Positions 1-8,432 of a stretch of DNA of 26,964 nt are shown piece by piece. Source of the stretch: Candidatus Hodarchaeota archaeon (GTDB lineage Archaea; Asgardarchaeota; Heimdallarchaeia; Hodarchaeales; Hodarchaeaceae); NCBI GenBank assembly GCA_016839785.1, contig JAEOTQ010000040.1:1-26964 (forward strand), given 5' to 3'. How positions within the stretch are numbered: position 1 is the stretch's first letter; each line of letters starts with the position of its first letter. The notes beneath the pieces were generated by a model. The model did no database searches. It was not told where the DNA came from and saw only the letters and a program-made list of their open reading frames with translations. The position numbers and the translations under genes are program-made.

Positions 1-1
1 T

Positions 2-2452
2 CAGGGAATTGCTAATGAATCGTGGATTTTAGATGCCGATGTTGATGAAGGCCCAGAAGATTATTTGGATATGACTCTATTAGGTGAGATTGCTGCGATT
101 AATTGGGCAATAGAAAATGGTGTAGATATCATCAATCGCAGTTATGGAGTTTCAGATGGAGAAGAGGCGTATTGGGATTTGATGTTATACCCTAGATATC
201 AACTAAGATTAGCCACAATTCGTCAGGCAGTAAAACAAGGAGTTATTTTTGTGCATTCTGCAGGTAATGAAGGGGGAACCATGTATACCATTTCTCCTGA
301 TAATTTTGCTAATGAAATTTCTGTCGGTGCAACGAATGAAGGAATGCACGCAATGGCAACATATAGCAGTCGTGGCCCAATCTGGAGAACTGACGCTGTT
401 TCTCCTGATGTAATTGCTCCAGGTACCGCTGTTCCAACTCCTGCTGTGCAAGGTGGATATGAAACTCCTCAAGGTACTTCGTTTGCTGCCCCTCATGTCG
501 CAGGTGTCTCTGCAATCCTTCTTGGAGCAATGAAAGAACATAATCTTGATGTAAATCCAGGAACGATAAAAGCTGCACTTATGGCAACTGCTACAGATAT
601 TGGAGTGGATCTAAACGCACAAGGTGCTGGTCAGGTTAATGCCTCAGCTGCATATGAGTATCTCTTGGCTGCTCCAAGAGTTGGTAATCATATAGTCGCA
701 GGAACAGTTAGTCCCAATGAATTAAATTTCATGAAATTTCCAAATGTGCTTCAAGGTTCTTACTATTCAGAATTATTTTCGTTCACATCTTCAGAGACAG
801 TGAATGTATCAATCCAGATGACTGGAAATCTATCTTCAATCCTCACGTTGAAAGAACAGCTTTGGATGAACAGTTCTGACTCCTTAATGAACAGTCGCAA
901 TGATTTAGTAGCTGGAAAATTATCTGAATTCTTTTCTCATGATATTGTTCTCGAGGTCAATGTTGCAGATGATGAACTCCTTGGGGAATATTCTGGAGAT
1001 TTTGTATTTCAAGTAAACTCAACAGAACTCCAACGGATTCCATTTGCCATAAATGTGGAACTTGCTAAACAAAAAGTATTATTCTATACTGGAAACAGAC
1101 CAGTTTATACATATAATACAAAGGGAGAATTTCTGGATCTAAAAGTAGATTTAAGTAAGCGAGGAATAGTTCTTAACGAAAATAACTCGGATATTACCCC
1201 TCAGGCTCTTGCTAATTATGATGTCCTTTGGTTTGCTGCTGATAATCGTACTATTCAAACATGGGAATATATATCAGCAATTGATTTAGTAAGATCCGAA
1301 GATACTTTAACAGTTCTTTCTATGTCTGAACAATCCGCGATCACTTCATTCGTTAGTAATGGAGGTGGATTAATCCTCACACCATTTACCACCCCGTTAG
1401 GGATGGAGAATATGATGAAAAAATGGGGGATTCAGACAAGTGAATTATCACCGTCTTTTGGTACGACTCCTGCACAATTAACCCATTTCAATTCTATTGG
1501 AACTTCAACAGAATATTTTGATGCCTCTGGTTCTTATTTTGAATTAACAAAGTCCGCAACCCCTCTTGCTTATCTGAACCAAAGGGAGAATGTTGTTATT
1601 GCTTCCTATGATTATCCCCTTGGAGGAAGAGTTGTTGTAGTCTCAGGAAGCAATTTCATCACTAATCGTGGATATAATAATGAGATAAATGAGGGTTTGG
1701 AATATCAAAGCACTTTATTCAATAATCTTTTAGTGTCAGATATTCTTACTTTCACTACAGCAGAATCCCAGTTATACGGGTCATATGAAGTGACAGGCGA
1801 CGTTGTGACTGTTTCACTCCACGCGTCGATCAATTTTGTGCCCGATAATTCGGTAATTATTGCTGGAACTTATCGTAACTCTGCATCCGAGGTGGAATCT
1901 GATATAACAGAAATTATACCACAAACTGGTTTAAATGGATGGTATAACTTTTCTTACCAACTTGTAGACGGAATTAATTTTTTGAACTTTACATTGAACT
2001 CAGAAGTCGTGTTTTTTGAAATCATTACCGATAAAACCGCACCTGTCATTGGTGTGAATGGAATGCAGAATGATTCCTACCTAATGGAAACTACTAAGGT
2101 TATTTTTTGGTTCCGAGATGATGGAGCAGGTATTGATCAATTTTCAGCGAAAATGACTCTTGATGGTAATATAGTTGGATATAATGGCCCAAAAATTAAA
2201 AGTACAGGTTCAGGATATTTTATAGAAAAAGATCTTAATCCAGATCATTATGAAACAGGTTCTCACTTTATTTTTCTAACAGTTTCTGATCTTGCTGGAA
2301 ACTCGGCATCAATCACATTTATATTTAACGTAGGAGTGGAAACAGAGGGTACTAAGAAAGGAACAGGTTTTCAATGGGATTTCATGATTTGGATGTTGTT
2401 TGTAAGCTTTGTGATTTTGAAAAGATCTAGAAATTTGAGAGAAAAGAAGTGA
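2..2452 (+). CDS. S8 (subtilisin-family) serine protease with C-terminal membrane anchor; 5'-truncated by the window edge
   Basis: The frame is open from base 2 (QGIANESWILDAD...), so the true start lies upstream. Oxyanion motif HSAGNEG, SSRGP, PDVIAPG and catalytic Ser in GTSFAAPHVAG are present; catalytic Asp/His would be outside the window. C-terminus is TGF + hydrophobic helix + basic tail (KRSRNLREKK). Confidence 0.92.
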   Translation, partial: QGIANESWILDADVDEGPEDYLDMTLLGEIAAINWAIENGVDIINRSYGVSDGEEAYWDLMLYPRYQLRLATIRQAVKQGVIFVHSAGNEGGTMYTISPDNFANEISVGATNEGMHAMATYSSRGPIWRTDAVSPDVIAPGTAVPTPAVQGGYETPQGTSFAAPHVAGVSAILLGAMKEHNLDVNPGTIKAALMATATDIGVDLNAQGAGQVNASAAYEYLLAAPRVGNHIVAGTVSPNELNFMKFPNVLQGSYYSELFSFTSSETVNVSIQMTGNLSSILTLKEQLWMNSSDSLMNSRNDLVAGKLSEFFSHDIVLEVNVADDELLGEYSGDFVFQVNSTELQRIPFAINVELAKQKVLFYTGNRPVYTYNTKGEFLDLKVDLSKRGIVLNENNSDITPQALANYDVLWFAADNRTIQTWEYISAIDLVRSEDTLTVLSMSEQSAITSFVSNGGGLILTPFTTPLGMENMMKKWGIQTSELSPSFGTTPAQLTHFNSIGTSTEYFDASGSYFELTKSATPLAYLNQRENVVIASYDYPLGGRVVVVSGSNFITNRGYNNEINEGLEYQSTLFNNLLVSDILTFTTAESQLYGSYEVTGDVVTVSLHASINFVPDNSVIIAGTYRNSASEVESDITEIIPQTGLNGWYNFSYQLVDGINFLNFTLNSEVVFFEIITDKTAPVIGVNGMQNDSYLMETTKVIFWFRDDGAGIDQFSAKMTLDGNIVGYNGPKIKSTGSGYFIEKDLNPDHYETGSHFIFLTVSDLAGNSASITFIFNVGVETEGTKKGTGFQWDFMIWMLFVSFVILKRSRNLREKK

Positions 2453-2478
2453 AATAGAGGACACAAAATTAGGGGTCC

Positions 2479-2495
2479 TTTTCTTTCCCTTTTTT
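2479..2495 (+). terminator. Probable oligo-T archaeal terminator of the protease gene
   Basis: TTTTCTTTCCCTTTTTT about 27 nt after the stop, in the convergent gap with hutI. Confidence 0.45.
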
Positions 2496-2523
2496 CATTA
2501 GATCAGGTATTCATTACAAAACC

Positions 2524-3798
2524 CTAGGAAACACGCCTTCCTCTCTCTACAACTAGTTTCCCCTTTTTGAAGACCATCTCAACTAGATTAATACCATAGT
2601 TGTAAGCAAAAAAACGATGGTTCGGAGCATTAAAAATAACAATATCTGCCTTTTTTCCTACCTCTAGTGAACCAATTTCATGAGCACGGTCAATTGAATG
2701 GGCTGCATTTATCGTAGAAGCAGTTAGAGCCTCTGCAGCAGTCATCTTCATACGAAGTACAGCTAGGGTCATCATCATTTGCATAGACTCACACATGTTA
2801 GCAGCACTCACGTCAGTTGCTAAAGCGACAGGCATACCTCGATCAATTATTTCACGTGCAGGAGCATATTTATTAACATAACAAAAGGGAGAAGTCGGTA
2901 AAAAGACGATTATCGTTTTTTGCCCTTGAAGAGCATCGACTTCTTCTAGAGGGGTCCAAATTAAATGGTCTACAGAAACAATATCCCCAATTTCAGCAGA
3001 TAGCCGAGTACCACCACTGTGCGATAACCAGTCACAATGATTACGTAACTTCAAACCGTGTTTTCGAGCAGAGAGGAGAATTTTACGCGTTTGGTCAAGG
3101 CTGTAATATCCTTTTTCACAAAAAACGTCAGCGAACTCTGCTAGTTTCCTTTTTGCGATCTCAGGAATCCATTTCTCGGTAATTTCGTCCACAAGATCGT
3201 CAACATTATCTTCATGATCTGGAGGGATACCTTGAGTAAGAAAAGTTGGAATTAAATCTAAAGGATGGGATTTATTGAGAGATTTAATAATTTCTAGTTG
3301 TTTGATCTCTCCATTGAAGGTCATTTCGTAACCACTTTTAGCTTCAATAGTCGTTGTCCCATAGATGAGCATTTTATCTAAGATTTTAGATGTAATTTCA
3401 ATCTGGTCCTCAAAACTGGTTTCTGATGTCAATTTGAGAGATTTATTCATTCCCCCTCCTTGTTCTTTTAATTCTAAGTATGTAACTCCTAATACAGCCA
3501 TTTTTTCTAATTCGTCTTCTCTTGTTCCTGAAAATACTAAATGAACATGAGGATCAATTAATCCTGGTGTTACCAGTTTATCTGTGGCATCAATTACTTC
3601 ATATCCTTCAGCAAGCTGCTTTAGTACATCATCTGTGCTTCCTACAGCTACAATTTTACCATTTTTTACTGCTACGGCTCCATTCTTCACAATACTCAAA
3701 TCTTTCATTCTTTCTTTGATACGAGGGTTTTCACTTGAACCTGCTAATGTCACTAATTCATTCGCATTAATTATAACAAAATCTGTTTGTATAGACAT
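2524..3798 (-). CDS. hutI: Imidazolonepropionase-family amidohydrolase, active-site divergent
   Basis: PGLIDPHVHLVFSGTRE (HxH), GTTTIEAKSGY, DVFCEKG, SVDH, ALATD, GSLEVGKKAD, YNYGIN. Clustered with hutH/hutU. SD-like AGGTGG before the ATG. Several HutI substrate residues are replaced (see findings). Confidence 0.82.
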   Translation of the reverse strand: MSIQTDFVIINANELVTLAGSSENPRIKERMKDLSIVKNGAVAVKNGKIVAVGSTDDVLKQLAEGYEVIDATDKLVTPGLIDPHVHLVFSGTREDELEKMAVLGVTYLELKEQGGGMNKSLKLTSETSFEDQIEITSKILDKMLIYGTTTIEAKSGYEMTFNGEIKQLEIIKSLNKSHPLDLIPTFLTQGIPPDHEDNVDDLVDEITEKWIPEIAKRKLAEFADVFCEKGYYSLDQTRKILLSARKHGLKLRNHCDWLSHSGGTRLSAEIGDIVSVDHLIWTPLEEVDALQGQKTIIVFLPTSPFCYVNKYAPAREIIDRGMPVALATDVSAANMCESMQMMMTLAVLRMKMTAAEALTASTINAAHSIDRAHEIGSLEVGKKADIVIFNAPNHRFFAYNYGINLVEMVFKKGKLVVERGRRVS

Positions 3799-3819
3799 TA
3801 TATTCCACCTATTAGCATC

Positions 3820-5163
3820 TTAAACATCGATGTATCTGTCTCTTTCCCATTTATGAACATAAACACTGAATTCCTTCCATTCTTCTGCTTTTAATGAGAT
3901 GTACTTCCGAAAAAAATCTGATCCAAGAGCTTCCTGAAAATAAGTGTCTTTTGAAAATTCAAGTACTGCTTCTCCTAAGTTACCTGGGAGCATCTTAATT
4001 CCTTTGTTTCTACGCTCACTTGCAGACATGTCATATATGTTCTCTTCGACAGGAGTAGATGGATCTAATTTTTGTTTAACTCCATCTAAACCAGATGAGA
4101 ATAATCCTGCGTACGCAAGATAGAAATTGCAGGACCCATCAGTTGGTCGATATTCTAATCTAGCAGCTTTTTTACTTCCAGGAGGTATTCTGATTAGCGT
4201 TGAACGATTGTAGTTCGCCCAAGATATGTATACAGGGGCTTCCCAACCAGGTACAAGTCGTTTATATGAATTAACTGACGGATTCGTTAATAAAGCAAGG
4301 CCTTTTGCATGCTTTAATATACCTGCCAAAAAATTTTGGGCTAAGGAACTAAGTTTAAGGTTTTCACTTGAACTGGAAAATAAATTCGTATCTTTTTCTT
4401 GGTCTCGAAGATTTATATGAGTATGGAGCCCAGCACCGTATTCTCCGTGAAAGGGTTTTGGCATAAATGACGCAGTGAATCCATAATCATGAGCCATAAG
4501 CTTAGTAATGAACTTAATCAAATATATTGTATCTACCATTTGTAGTGCTTCGGAATAAGGAATATTGAATTCACTTTTTCCCGCTGGAACCTCATGATGA
4601 TGTTTTTCAATCATTATCCCAATATTCCTTAATGCTTCAGTTATTTTGAGGCGTAATCTTGTTCCTCGATCCTTGGGAGGTGAAGCTAGGTATCCAGCAT
4701 TATCAATAAGCTTAAATGGTTGGTCCTCCCCTTTTTCAAATAGAAAAAATTCTATTTCGCTAGAAGCAATTCCTATCACCGATGAACCTATTTGTTCTTG
4801 TATAGATGTAAGAACTTTTTTTAATATATATCTTGGATCTAAACCAAAGGGAATATCTGAATCTGGTTTAAAAATGTCACATACGACACGTGCGATTTTA
4901 TATTCAAATAATTGGGGAGGTAATATAGCAAAACTGTTCAAATCTGGAACCAATTTCACGTCACTCTTACTAACATCAACCATCTTACTTAGTGAAGAAC
5001 CATCAGTATGAATTCCATCTTTCATTATCTGAGATAGAGCTTGAGAGGGCACCCAGAGTGTGTGTAGTATTCCTGATAAATCTGTGAATTGTAAAGCTAG
5101 TTCTTTTACTTCTTTCTCATCAATTAGTTCAAGAGCTTTTGTTAAATCCAAACTTCTGTCCAC
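3820..5163 (-). CDS. glnA: Glutamine synthetase type I family protein
   Basis: LQFTDLSG, DGSS, EIEFFLF, HHEV...SE, FMPKP, GLHTH, NSYKRLVPGWEAP, NRS..IRIP, RLEYR. GTG start; 21 bp upstream of hutI, so probably co-transcribed. Confidence 0.85.
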   Translation of the reverse strand: MDRSLDLTKALELIDEKEVKELALQFTDLSGILHTLWVPSQALSQIMKDGIHTDGSSLSKMVDVSKSDVKLVPDLNSFAILPPQLFEYKIARVVCDIFKPDSDIPFGLDPRYILKKVLTSIQEQIGSSVIGIASSEIEFFLFEKGEDQPFKLIDNAGYLASPPKDRGTRLRLKITEALRNIGIMIEKHHHEVPAGKSEFNIPYSEALQMVDTIYLIKFITKLMAHDYGFTASFMPKPFHGEYGAGLHTHINLRDQEKDTNLFSSSSENLKLSSLAQNFLAGILKHAKGLALLTNPSVNSYKRLVPGWEAPVYISWANYNRSTLIRIPPGSKKAARLEYRPTDGSCNFYLAYAGLFSSGLDGVKQKLDPSTPVEENIYDMSASERRNKGIKMLPGNLGEAVLEFSKDTYFQEALGSDFFRKYISLKAEEWKEFSVYVHKWERDRYIDV

Positions 5164-5392
5164 TCGCTTTTTTTCTTATTAGATAGTGGTTTTTTTTGAA
5201 TTGTTTAAATTTTGTGACATCTAAATCACTTAGACAAAATGTCTTGAGAAGGGGGATTTTCTGATTGTGGCCAATCCAAGTTTCAAAAACGCAATTACAG
5301 GAATTTTTAAAGAGAAAGCATCATTAAGATGTTAATTTCTTCTTTAAATGATAAGATAAGGCGTTACTGTAGAATCAGGATGAGTATGAAAT

Positions 5393-6574
5393 ATGGACAA
5401 GGAAGAATTAAAGAAAAAAATCATCATTATGGCAAAGGAGCTTGAATCATATATTATTAAAACTCGCCGACATATCCATATGTATCCAGAAACTTTGTAT
5501 GAAGAAGAAGAAACCGCAAAATTTATTGAAAACGAATTAAGAAAGATTGGATTACAACCAAGACGGATAATTGGAACAGGAGTTCTTGTTGTTATTGAAG
5601 GGGTGTCTAAAGGAAGTAATATTGCATTACGTGCTGATATTGATGCTCTGAATGTTATCGAAGACAATAATTTCGATTACAAAAGTCAAATCATAGGAAA
5701 AATGCACGCGTGTGGACATGATGCACATACCGCGATGTTGCTAGGGGCCGCTAAACTGATAAATAAATATCGTGAGCATCTCTCTGGAACTGTTACACTC
5801 ATATTTCAACCTGCAGAGGAAGGAGGAGGAGGAGCAAAGAAAATTGTTGAGGAAAACCACCTACAAGATATTGATACGATTTTTGGAATACATGTATGGA
5901 GTCCCTTACCATCAGGTTACATTGGAATCCGCAAAGGAGCGATCTTTGCCTCTTCCGATCGATTCACGATCAAAATAACTGGAAAGGGTGGACATGCTGC
6001 AGCCCCTCACCAGACGATTGACCCTACAAGTGTTCTAGTAGATATCTACAATGCATTACAAAAACTCATTCCCAGAGAGGTTAATCCTTTTGAACATACG
6101 GTGTTATCTCTTCCAGTCCTAGAAGCTAGTGATGCTCACAACATAATCCCCAATAAGGCTAATATTCGTGGAACTCTTAGAACAATGAATCCTGAAGTAA
6201 GGAAATTTTTAATAGAAAGAATAAAACAGGTTGTGTATGGTTATTGCAATGCATGGAGGTGTAACGGTTTAGTAGAGTTCGATCCCATGGCTTATCCTGG
6301 AGTAGTAAATGATGATGGAATAGTTGATAATATTAGATCCATTCTTGGTGATGTTAGCCAAATCGTTAATATGGATCAGACAATGGTAGGAGAAGATTTT
6401 TCGTTTTATCTTCAAAAAGTTAAGGGTGCTTTTATCACATTAGGCATCCAGAATAAGCAGGAAGGAGTGATTTATCCACACCATCATCCAAAATTCGATG
6501 TAGATGAATCGGTTCTTTGGAAAGGAACGGCGATTTATGCCATTCTGGGTTTTTATCAATTATTTATTTCTTAA
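5393..6574 (+). CDS. M20D family metallo-amidohydrolase (N-acyl-amino acid amidohydrolase/carboxypeptidase type)
   Basis: HMYPE...EEEET, ALRADIDAL, MHACGHDAH, FQPAEEG, GKGGHAA, GEDFSF, HHHPKFDVDE. Confidence 0.92.
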   Translation: MDKEELKKKIIIMAKELESYIIKTRRHIHMYPETLYEEEETAKFIENELRKIGLQPRRIIGTGVLVVIEGVSKGSNIALRADIDALNVIEDNNFDYKSQIIGKMHACGHDAHTAMLLGAAKLINKYREHLSGTVTLIFQPAEEGGGGAKKIVEENHLQDIDTIFGIHVWSPLPSGYIGIRKGAIFASSDRFTIKITGKGGHAAAPHQTIDPTSVLVDIYNALQKLIPREVNPFEHTVLSLPVLEASDAHNIIPNKANIRGTLRTMNPEVRKFLIERIKQVVYGYCNAWRCNGLVEFDPMAYPGVVNDDGIVDNIRSILGDVSQIVNMDQTMVGEDFSFYLQKVKGAFITLGIQNKQEGVIYPHHHPKFDVDESVLWKGTAIYAILGFYQLFIS

Positions 6575-6575
6575 A

Positions 6576-8066
6576 CTATAGCATGAATTTTCTTACTAAA
6601 GAGGTACACTTCTCAATATCGGGAGTAAGTTCACGATCTTGATCCATCATAGAAACTTGGGACCTGACAGTTTTGTAAACATCCTTACATTGACGTGAGA
6701 GTTTATCTTCAATCTCAGCGATATCTATTGCCTGACTTGCGCATAATAATTCGATAGCTAAAATATATTGTAGATTATTTATTACTTTAAGGATCTTATT
6801 TGCAGCGTTCATACCCATGCTAACATGATCTTCTTGATCTGCTGATACTGGTATAGTATCAATAGAAGCTGGTGTAGATAATTGTCTATTCTCAGAGGTT
6901 AATGCAGCAGCAGTATATTGTGCAATCATAAGTCCAGAATTAAGCCCAGTATTGGGGGTTAAAAAAGCAGGAAGATTGCTAAGCATCGGATTTAACATCC
7001 TCTCGATTCTTCTTTCAGAAATATTTCCTAATTCAGTCAACGCAATAGCTAGGAAATCTAAAATAAAAGCTATTGGTTCTCCATGGAAATTTCCGCCACT
7101 ATAAACTTGATCGACTGAGAAAAGTAAAGGATTGTCAGTAGAAGCATTCATTTCAACTTCAGTTACTTTCTTCGCATGATCAATGGTATCATATACTGCT
7201 CCATGGACCGCTGGAGCGCAACGAAGTGAATAGGCGTCTTGTCTGCCGATTAACCGCTGTGTACGTTGGCTACCCTCTAAAAAATCTAAAATCATTTTTG
7301 CAGCCTTCTTTTGGCCACAATGCGGTCGAGCTTCATGAATTAAAGGATGTAAACTATCTAGATTACCCTCATGTATCTCCATACTCAGTGCTGTAGCAAT
7401 ATTTGCTACTTTAACTAAATAAAAAGCATTTTTTATTGCCAAAGCAGCAATTGAAGTCATTGCTTGAGTTCCATTTAATAGGGCCAATCCCTCTTTAGCA
7501 ATGAGTTTAAGAGGCTTCAAATTAACACTTTTTAATGCATTTATACCAGTCATCCTTTGTCCATTAAAATAAGCGTAACCCTTTCCTAATAAAACCAATG
7601 ATAGGTGAGCTAAAGGCGCCAAATCACCACTTGCGCCCAAGCTACCTTTGGAAGGGATTGAGGGAACAATATTCATATTTAAAAATTTTATTAGATAATT
7701 CACTACTTCTAAACGTATTCCTGAATGTCCTCGGGCAAATTTATTAATTTTTAGTGCTATCATTCCTCTAACTATATCGTGAGAAAGTTCAGGTCCGACT
7801 CCCGCTGAATGACTTATTATTAAATTTTCCTGTAATCTTTGTGTGTCATTTAAGGAAATATTGACCTTCTGAAGATAGCCAAATCCAGTTGTAATTCCGT
7901 ATATCCTCTTATCATCATCCAAAATAGATTGAACAATTTGAGCAGATCGATTAATTCTGTTTTGAGCACTTTCTGATAATTTAACATCATTTTCTAGGTT
8001 TATTATTTTATATAAGTCATCAATCGAAAGATTTTCACCCACTAACTCAATACTCTCTTTATTCAT
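6576..8066 (-). CDS. hutH: Histidine ammonia-lyase
   Basis: YGITTGFG, HAL-type specificity pair SH in LIISHSAGVG, MIO-forming GASGDLAPL, KEGLALLNGTQ, QDAYSLRC, GGNFHG, QEDHVSMG. Confidence 0.95.
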   Translation of the reverse strand: MNKESIELVGENLSIDDLYKIINLENDVKLSESAQNRINRSAQIVQSILDDDKRIYGITTGFGYLQKVNISLNDTQRLQENLIISHSAGVGPELSHDIVRGMIALKINKFARGHSGIRLEVVNYLIKFLNMNIVPSIPSKGSLGASGDLAPLAHLSLVLLGKGYAYFNGQRMTGINALKSVNLKPLKLIAKEGLALLNGTQAMTSIAALAIKNAFYLVKVANIATALSMEIHEGNLDSLHPLIHEARPHCGQKKAAKMILDFLEGSQRTQRLIGRQDAYSLRCAPAVHGAVYDTIDHAKKVTEVEMNASTDNPLLFSVDQVYSGGNFHGEPIAFILDFLAIALTELGNISERRIERMLNPMLSNLPAFLTPNTGLNSGLMIAQYTAAALTSENRQLSTPASIDTIPVSADQEDHVSMGMNAANKILKVINNLQYILAIELLCASQAIDIAEIEDKLSRQCKDVYKTVRSQVSMMDQDRELTPDIEKCTSLVRKFML

Positions 8067-8186
8067 TCTCGATCACTAATAAGATTCTTTTGTTTTGTAT
8101 ATAGCAATTGAATTTCTCTTACTTACAGAATGGATTAGTATTCTGATCCCATCTATATGGCAATGTTCTGAAATATAATTCACTTT

Positions 8187-8405
8187 TCAATGTATCTCTG
8201 GAGAGTAAAATCCAATTTTTGGAACACAGATTAAGTTATAATCATTAATATTAGCATCTATCAGAAGTTTTTTTATACAGTGCCGATTTTCTTGAGAGTG
8301 ACATTCGATGAATAATACAGATAAGTTTATTCTTCCCTTTTCAGCACTAATCGGTTTATCCGATTCTAAATTAGCATTAATTCTCACAATTCGATAGGTA
8401 ACCAT
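8187..8405 (-). CDS. Possible small hypothetical protein (72 aa) between hutU and hutH
   Basis: ATG-started ORF on the same strand as hutU/hutH, 27 bp after the hutU stop, filling most of a 366-bp gap. No recognisable motif. Confidence 0.25.
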   Translation of the reverse strand: MVTYRIVRINANLESDKPISAEKGRINLSVLFIECHSQENRHCIKKLLIDANINDYNLICVPKIGFYSPEIH

Positions 8406-8432
8406 TAATTAATTATTTGCTTTAATGTAAAC

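Noticed and set aside
6576-8066. hutH as an ergothionase or Phe/Tyr ammonia-lyase
   Set aside because: Intact ASG (MIO), the SH specificity pair and QEDHVSM match canonical histidine ammonia-lyase.
8095-8107. TTGTATATAGCAA resembling a bacterial HutC operator
   Set aside because: Imperfect match, archaeal host, no hutC in the window; it could simply be a TATA element.
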